Source of the DNA: Podospora anserina
Taxonomy: Eukaryota
Assembly: GCA_017654855.1 (NCBI GenBank)
Contig: CM030337.1
Location: forward strand, 4,216,001 to 4,280,000
Reading direction: 5' to 3'
DNA: 64,000 nucleotides
Part shown: positions 63,135 to 64,000 of the stretch, one piece after another
Layout: each line of letters opens with the position of its first letter
Numbering within the stretch: the stretch's first letter is position 1
Made by a program: the position numbers and the translations under genes
The notes under the pieces: model-generated
Databases searched by the model: none
The model's input: only the letters and a program-made list of their open reading frames with translations
Told to the model about the DNA's origin: nothing

Positions 63135-64000
63135 ATGGGTCAGCTTTCTGTCTCTTGCCCCACCGATGGGCAACCACATCGGGCGGCGGTCGTCGGCGCT
63201 GGAATAGCAGGCTTGTGCGCCGCCATCGCCCTCCGTCGTGCAGGATGGCATGTCGCCGTGTACGAGAAGAGCAGCTTCAAAAACGAAATTGGTGCGGCCA
63301 TCACGATAACTCCCAACGCGACCTTGGTTCTGGAACGGTTTGGATTCGACTTTTTAGAACTCGGCGGCGTTCGCAATGAGATGCTCCTGCGCTACGAGGC
63401 GAAGAACTTGTCCCTGCTTCAAAAGGAATACTATGGCCCGGACTCAGGCGCAGAATGGAGTCGCTTTTGGTCAGTTCACAGGGTGGACTTGCACAGCGGG
63501 CTCAGAGGGCTAGCGACCCAGACGCAAGACAACACACCAGGGCCACCAGCAGATATCCGATTGGGCCAAGATGTTACGGGAATCGATTGCGAGGCCGGCA
63601 CAGTCAAACTCAAAGACGGGAGACTGGAGCAGTATGACTTGGTAATAATAGCAGATGGGGCTCATGTAAGTCTGGACTCTTTCACCACGCCCAGGAAGGG
63701 AAACTGATCAGCATAGAGCCGCTTAATTGAGGATTTTACCGGGAATCCGTCCACGGTTCACCGTACAGGCCGGTCTATTTACAGATGGCTGGTATCCATG
63801 GACGAGGTCAATGCAGATCCTGTACTCCAAAACCTCTACACAGACCCGCAGGGAAGTCGGAAAAGCGGCTTCGTGGCTTGGGTTGATCAAGAAACCAGGA
63901 TACTTTGGGTCAGCTACAAGTGTAGGGGCGGCAAGGTGCTGAACAATGCCGTGGTTCATGACACGCAAACCGGTGAAGGAGAAGAGGATCTTTGGCAGTC
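63135..64000 (+). CDS. FAD-dependent monooxygenase (salicylate-hydroxylase-like), truncated by the window end; exons 63135-63665 and 63717->64000
   Basis: VVGAGIAG, VYEK, EIGAAITITPNA, HRVDLH and IIADGAH/S. Intron 63666-63716 reads GTAAGT..CTGAT..TAG. Confidence 0.88.

Noticed and set aside
1-64000. Transposons, RIP-degraded AT-rich blocks, rRNA, CRISPR
   Set aside because: No transposase/RT motifs, terminal repeats, AT-rich islands or spaced repeat arrays were seen. Scattered TAGGTA/TACCTA words are short intergenic motifs with no element structure.

Overview
Intron-containing fungal genomic DNA: short introns with GTAAGT/GTATGT/GTGAGT donors, CTAAC/CTGAC branch points and YAG acceptors. 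Gene content and codon style suggest a filamentous ascomycete, probably Sordariales (Podospora-like); this is inference. About 20 protein genes were reconstructed by hand with exon boundaries: an RNPS1-like splicing factor, the NEW1/Elf1 ABC-F ATPase, a co-oriented GH16 / GT2 / fasciclin trio, a proline-iminopeptidase-like hydrolase, a frameshifted TPR-SET gene, two convergent Ecp2/Hce2-like secreted proteins, DUR3, a GH3 beta-glucosidase, a coactosin-like protein, an SDR, an aquaporin, a Zn2Cys6 factor, a GNAT, a LovC-like enoyl reductase, a secreted prepro-peptide and a truncated FAD monooxygenase. A U1 snRNA gene lies at ~35464-35632 and is not visible in the ORF track. The two best leads are (1) an intronless precursor with an acidic propeptide and an 82-aa, net +10, Cys-clamped, bacteriocin-like C-terminal peptide, and (2) a possible surface-polysaccharide module of GT2 synthase + membrane GH16 + GPI fasciclin. 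No transposon, tRNA, rRNA or CRISPR feature was found. All family calls come from motif recognition, not database searches.
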